DNA from: Macrostomum lignano
Lineage: Eukaryota
Reading direction: 5' to 3'
DNA length: 64,000 bases
NCBI GenBank assembly: GCA_002269645.1
Contig: NIVC01002607.1
Span: 11,967 to 75,966, forward strand
The position numbers were made by a program, and so were the translations under genes. Positions within the stretch are counted from its first letter, which is position 1. Each line of letters begins with the position of its first letter. The notes beneath the pieces are model-generated. The model was not told where the DNA came from, searched no databases, and saw only the letters and a program-made list of their open reading frames with translations. Of the stretch, positions 59,401 to 64,000 are shown piece after piece.

Positions 59401-62400
59401 ACGCTTCTATGATTTTTATATGACGCTTCTATGATTGTTTACATGACGCTTCTACGATTTTTATATGACGCTTCTATGATTTTTACATGACGCTTCTATG
59501 ATTTTTTACATGACGCTTCTATGATTGTTTACATGACGCTTCTATGATTTTTACATGACGCTTCTAGATTTTTTACATGACGCTTCTACGATTTTTACAT
59601 GACGCTTCTATGATTTTTACATGACGCTTCTATGATTTTTACATGACGCTTCTATGATTTTTACATGACGCTTCTATGATTTTTACATGACGCTTCTATG
59701 ATTGTTTACATGACGCTTCTATGATTGTTTACATGACGCTTCTATGATTGTTTACATGACGCTTCTATGATTTTTACATGACGCTTCTATGATTTTTACA
59801 TGACGCTTCTATGATTTTTACATGACGCTTCTATGATTGTTTACATGACGCTTCTATGATTGTTTACATGACGCTTCTATGATTGTTTACATGACGCTTC
59901 TATGATTTTTTACATGACGCTTCTATGATTTTTACATGACGCTTCTATGATTTTTACATGACGCTTCTATGATTGTTTACATGACGCTTCTATGATTTTT
60001 ACATGACGCTTCTATGATTTTTTACATGACGCTTCTATGATTTTTACATGACGCTTCTATGATTGTTTACATGACGCTTCTATGATTTTTACATGACGCT
60101 TCTATGATTTTTACATGACGCTTCTATGATTGTTTACATGACGCTTCTATGATTTTTTACATGACGCTTCTATGATTTTTACATGACGCTTCTATGATTT
60201 TTACATGACGCTTCTATGATTTTTACATGACGCTTCTATGATTTTTTACATGACGCTTCTATGATTGTTTACATGACGCTTCTATGATTTTTTACATGAC
60301 GCTTCTATGATTGTTTACATGACGCTTCTATGATTTTTTACATGACGCTTCTATGTTTTACATGACGCTTCTATGATTGTTTACATGACGCTTCTATGAT
60401 TTTTACATGACGCTTCTATGATTTTTTACATGACGCTTCTATGATTTTTACATGACGCTTCTATGATTGTTTACATGACGCTTCTATGATTTTTACATGA
60501 CGCTTCTATGATTGTTTACATGACGCTTCTATGATTTTTATATGACGCTTCTATGATTTTTTACATGACGCTTCTATGATTTTTTACATGACGCTTCTAT
60601 GATTTGTTTACATGACGCTTCTATGATTGTTTACATGACGCTTCTATGATTTTTTACATGACGCCCTTCTATGATTTTTACATGACGCTTCTATGATTTT
60701 TACATGACGCTTCTATGATTTTTTACATGACGCTTCTATGATTGTTTACATGACGCTTCTATGATTGTTTACATGACGCTTCTATGATTTTTACATGACG
60801 CTTCTATGATTTTTTACATGACGCTTCTATGATTGTACATGACGCTTCTATGATTTTTTACATGACGCTTCTATGATTTTTACATGACGCTTCTATGATT
60901 GTTTACATGACGCTTCTATGATTGTTTACATGACGCTTCTAAGATTTTTTACATGACGCTTCTATGATTTTTTACATGACGCTTCTATGATTTTACATGA
61001 CGCTTCTATGATTTTTACATGACGCTTCTATGATTTTTTACATGACGCTTCTATGATTGTTTACATGACGCTTCTATGATTGTTTACATGACGCTTCTAT
61101 GATTGTTTACATGACGCTTCTATGATTTTTACATGACGCTTCTATGATTTTTACATGACGCTTCTATGATTTTTACATGACGCTTCTATGATTGTTTACA
61201 TGACGCTTCTATGATTTTTACATGACGCTTCTATGATTTTTTACATGACGCTTCTATGATTTTATATGACGCTTCTATGATTTTACATGACGCTTCTATG
61301 ATTTTTACATGACGCTTCTATGATTTTTACATGACGCTTCTATGATTTTTTACATGACGCTTCTATGATTTTTACATGACGCTTCTATGATTGTTTACAT
61401 GACGCTTCTAGATTTTTACATGACGCTTCTACGATTTTTTACATGACGCTTCTATGATTGTTTACATGACGCTTCTATGATTTTTACATGACGCTTCTAT
61501 GATTTTTACATGACGCTTCTATGATTTTTACATGACGCTTCTATGATTTTTACATGACGCTTCTATGATTGTTTACATGACGCTTCTATGATTTTTACAT
61601 GACGCTTCTATGATTTTTACATGACGCTTCTATGATTGTTTACATGACGCTTCTACGATTTTTTATGACGCTTCTTATGATTGTTTACATGACGCTTCTA
61701 TGATTGTTTACATGACGCTTCTATGATTTTTACATGACGCTTCTATGATTTTTTACATGACGCTTCTATGATTGTTTACATGACGCTTCTATGATTTTTA
61801 CATGACGCTTCTATGATTTTACATGACGCTTCTATGATTGTTTACATGACGCTTCTATGATTTTTTACATGACGCTTCTATGATTTTTTACATGACGCTT
61901 CTATGATTGTTTACATGACGCTTCTATGATTGTTTACATGACGCTTCTATGATTTTTTACATGACGCTTCTATGATTTTTACATGACGCTTCTATGATTG
62001 TTTACATGACGCTTCTATGATTTTTACATGACGCTTCTATGATTTTTACATGACGCTTCTATGATTTTTTACATGACGCTTCTATGATTGTTTACATGAC
62101 GCTTCTATGATTGTTTACATGACGCTTCTATGATTTTTACATGACGCTTCTATGATTGTTTACATGACGCTTCTATGATTGTTTACATGACGCTTCTATG
62201 ATTTTTTACATGACGCTTCTATGATTTTTACATGACGCTTCTATGATTTTTACATGACGCTTCTATGATTGTTTACATGACGCTTCTATGATTTTTACAT
62301 GACGCTTCTATGATTGTTTACATGACGCTTCTATGATTTTTACATGACGCTTCTATGATTGTTTACATGACGCTTCTACGATTTTTAATGACGCTTCTAT

Positions 62401-64000
62401 GATTTTTTACATGACGCTTCTATGATTTTTACATGACGCTTCTATGATTGTTTACATGACGCTTCTTGATTTTTACATGACGCTTCTATGATTTTTACAT
62501 GACGCTTCTATGATTTTTACATGACGCTTCTATGATTTTTACATGACGCTTCTATGATTTTTACATGACGCTTCTATGATTGTTTACATGACGCTTCTAT
62601 GATTGTTTACATGACGCTTCTATGATTGTTTACATGACGCTTCTATGATTTTTTACATGACGCTTCTATGATTTTTACATGACGCTTCTATGATTTTTAC
62701 ATGACGCTTCTACGATTTTTTACATGACGCTTCTATGATTTTTACATGACGCTTCTATGATTGTTTACATGACGCTTCTATGATTTTTACATGACGCTTC
62801 TATGATTTTTTACATGACGCTTCTATGATTGTTTACATGACGCTTCTATGATTTTTACATGACGCTTCTATGATTTTTTACATGACGCTTCTATGATTTT
62901 TTACATGACGCTTCTATGATTGTTTACATGACGCTTCTATGATTGTTTACATGACGCTTCTATGATTGTTTACATGACGCTTCTATGATTTTTACATGAC
63001 GCTTCTATGATTGTTTACATGACGCTTCTATGATTTTTACATGACGCTTCTTGATTGTTTACATGACGCTTCTATGATTGTTACATGACGCTTCTATGAT
63101 TGTTTACATGACGCTTCTATGATTGTTTACATGACGCTTCTATGATTGTTTACATGACGCTTCTATGATTTTTTACATGACGCTTCTATGATTTTTTACA
63201 TGACGCTTCTATGATTGTTTACATGACGCTTCTATGATTGTTTACATGACGCTTCTACGATTTTTTACATGACGCTTCTATGATTTTTACATGACGCTTC
63301 TATGATTTTTTACATGACGCTTCTATGATTTTTACATGACGCTTCTATGATTTTTACATGACGCTTCTATGATTGTTTTACATGACGCTTCTATGATTGT
63401 TTACATGACGCTTCTATGATTTTTACATGACGCTTCTATGATTTTTACATGACGCTTCTATGATTTTTACATGACGCTTCTATGATTTTTACATGACGCT
63501 TCTATGATTTTTTACATGACGCTTCTATGATTGTTAACATGACGCTTCTATGATTGTTTTACATGACGCTTCTATGATTTTTATATGACGCTTCTATGAT
63601 TTTTTACATGACGCTTCTATGATTTTTTACATGACGCTTCTATGATTGTTTACATGACGCTTCTATGATTTTTACATGACGCTTCTATGATTTTTTACAT
63701 GACGCTTCTATGATTTTTACATGACGCTTCTATGATTGTTTACATGACGCTTCTATGATTTTTACATGACGCTTCTATGATTGTTTACATGACGCTTCTA
63801 TGATTTTTACATGACGCTTCTATGATTGTTTACATGACGCTTCTATGATTTTTACATGACGCTTCTATGATTGTTTACATGACGCTTCTATGATTTTTAC
63901 ATGACGCTTCTATGATTTTTTACATGACGCTTCTATGATTGTTTACATGACGCTTCTACGTTTTTACATGACGCTTGCTATGATTTTTACATGACGCTTC
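56420..64000. repeat. 22-23 bp satellite (TTTTACATGACGCTTCTATGAT / TGTTTACATGACGCTTCTATGAT), at least 7.5 kb
   Basis: Very homogeneous array continuing to the window end. Confidence 0.98.

Noticed and set aside
4129-64000. CRISPR-like appearance of repeat arrays
   Set aside because: Units are directly tandem with no unique spacers, there are no cas genes, and the context is eukaryotic.

Overview
Repeat-rich invertebrate animal (metazoan) genomic DNA with spliceosomal genes; the taxon cannot be determined from sequence alone. Left to right: (1) the 5' part of a decayed Mag-type Ty3/Gypsy LTR retrotransposon on the minus strand (1-4128). (2) A plus-strand gene, mostly missed by the ORF track, for a probably secreted multi-WSC-domain protein (7588 to about 30982). 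Its signal-peptide exon is followed by more than 30 internal exons that I read as all symmetric phase 1-1: 10 WSC exons (8 with GC donors), 8 spacer exons of 42 nt, 12 linker exons of 66 nt and 2 of 84 nt, amplified in nested tandem duplications inside an 18-19 bp minisatellite. (3) A second LTR plus integrase tail of the same retrotransposon (33982 to about 34560), so the WSC gene lies between direct-repeat LTRs and two halves of one minisatellite. (4) A convergent minus-strand lev-9-like gene (WAP + 8 CCP/sushi + RxxR site + tail; about 46914 to 34831) with 26- and 14-nt microexons and a minisatellite in most introns. (5) A young foldback element with 295-bp TIRs and an 8-bp TSD, a long hairpin, short (CCCTAA)n, and a 22-23 bp satellite of at least 7.5 kb running off the window end. 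All gene models were made by hand from splice signals, reading frame and domain motifs; there is no transcript or database evidence, and near-identical repeat copy numbers could be affected by assembly error.
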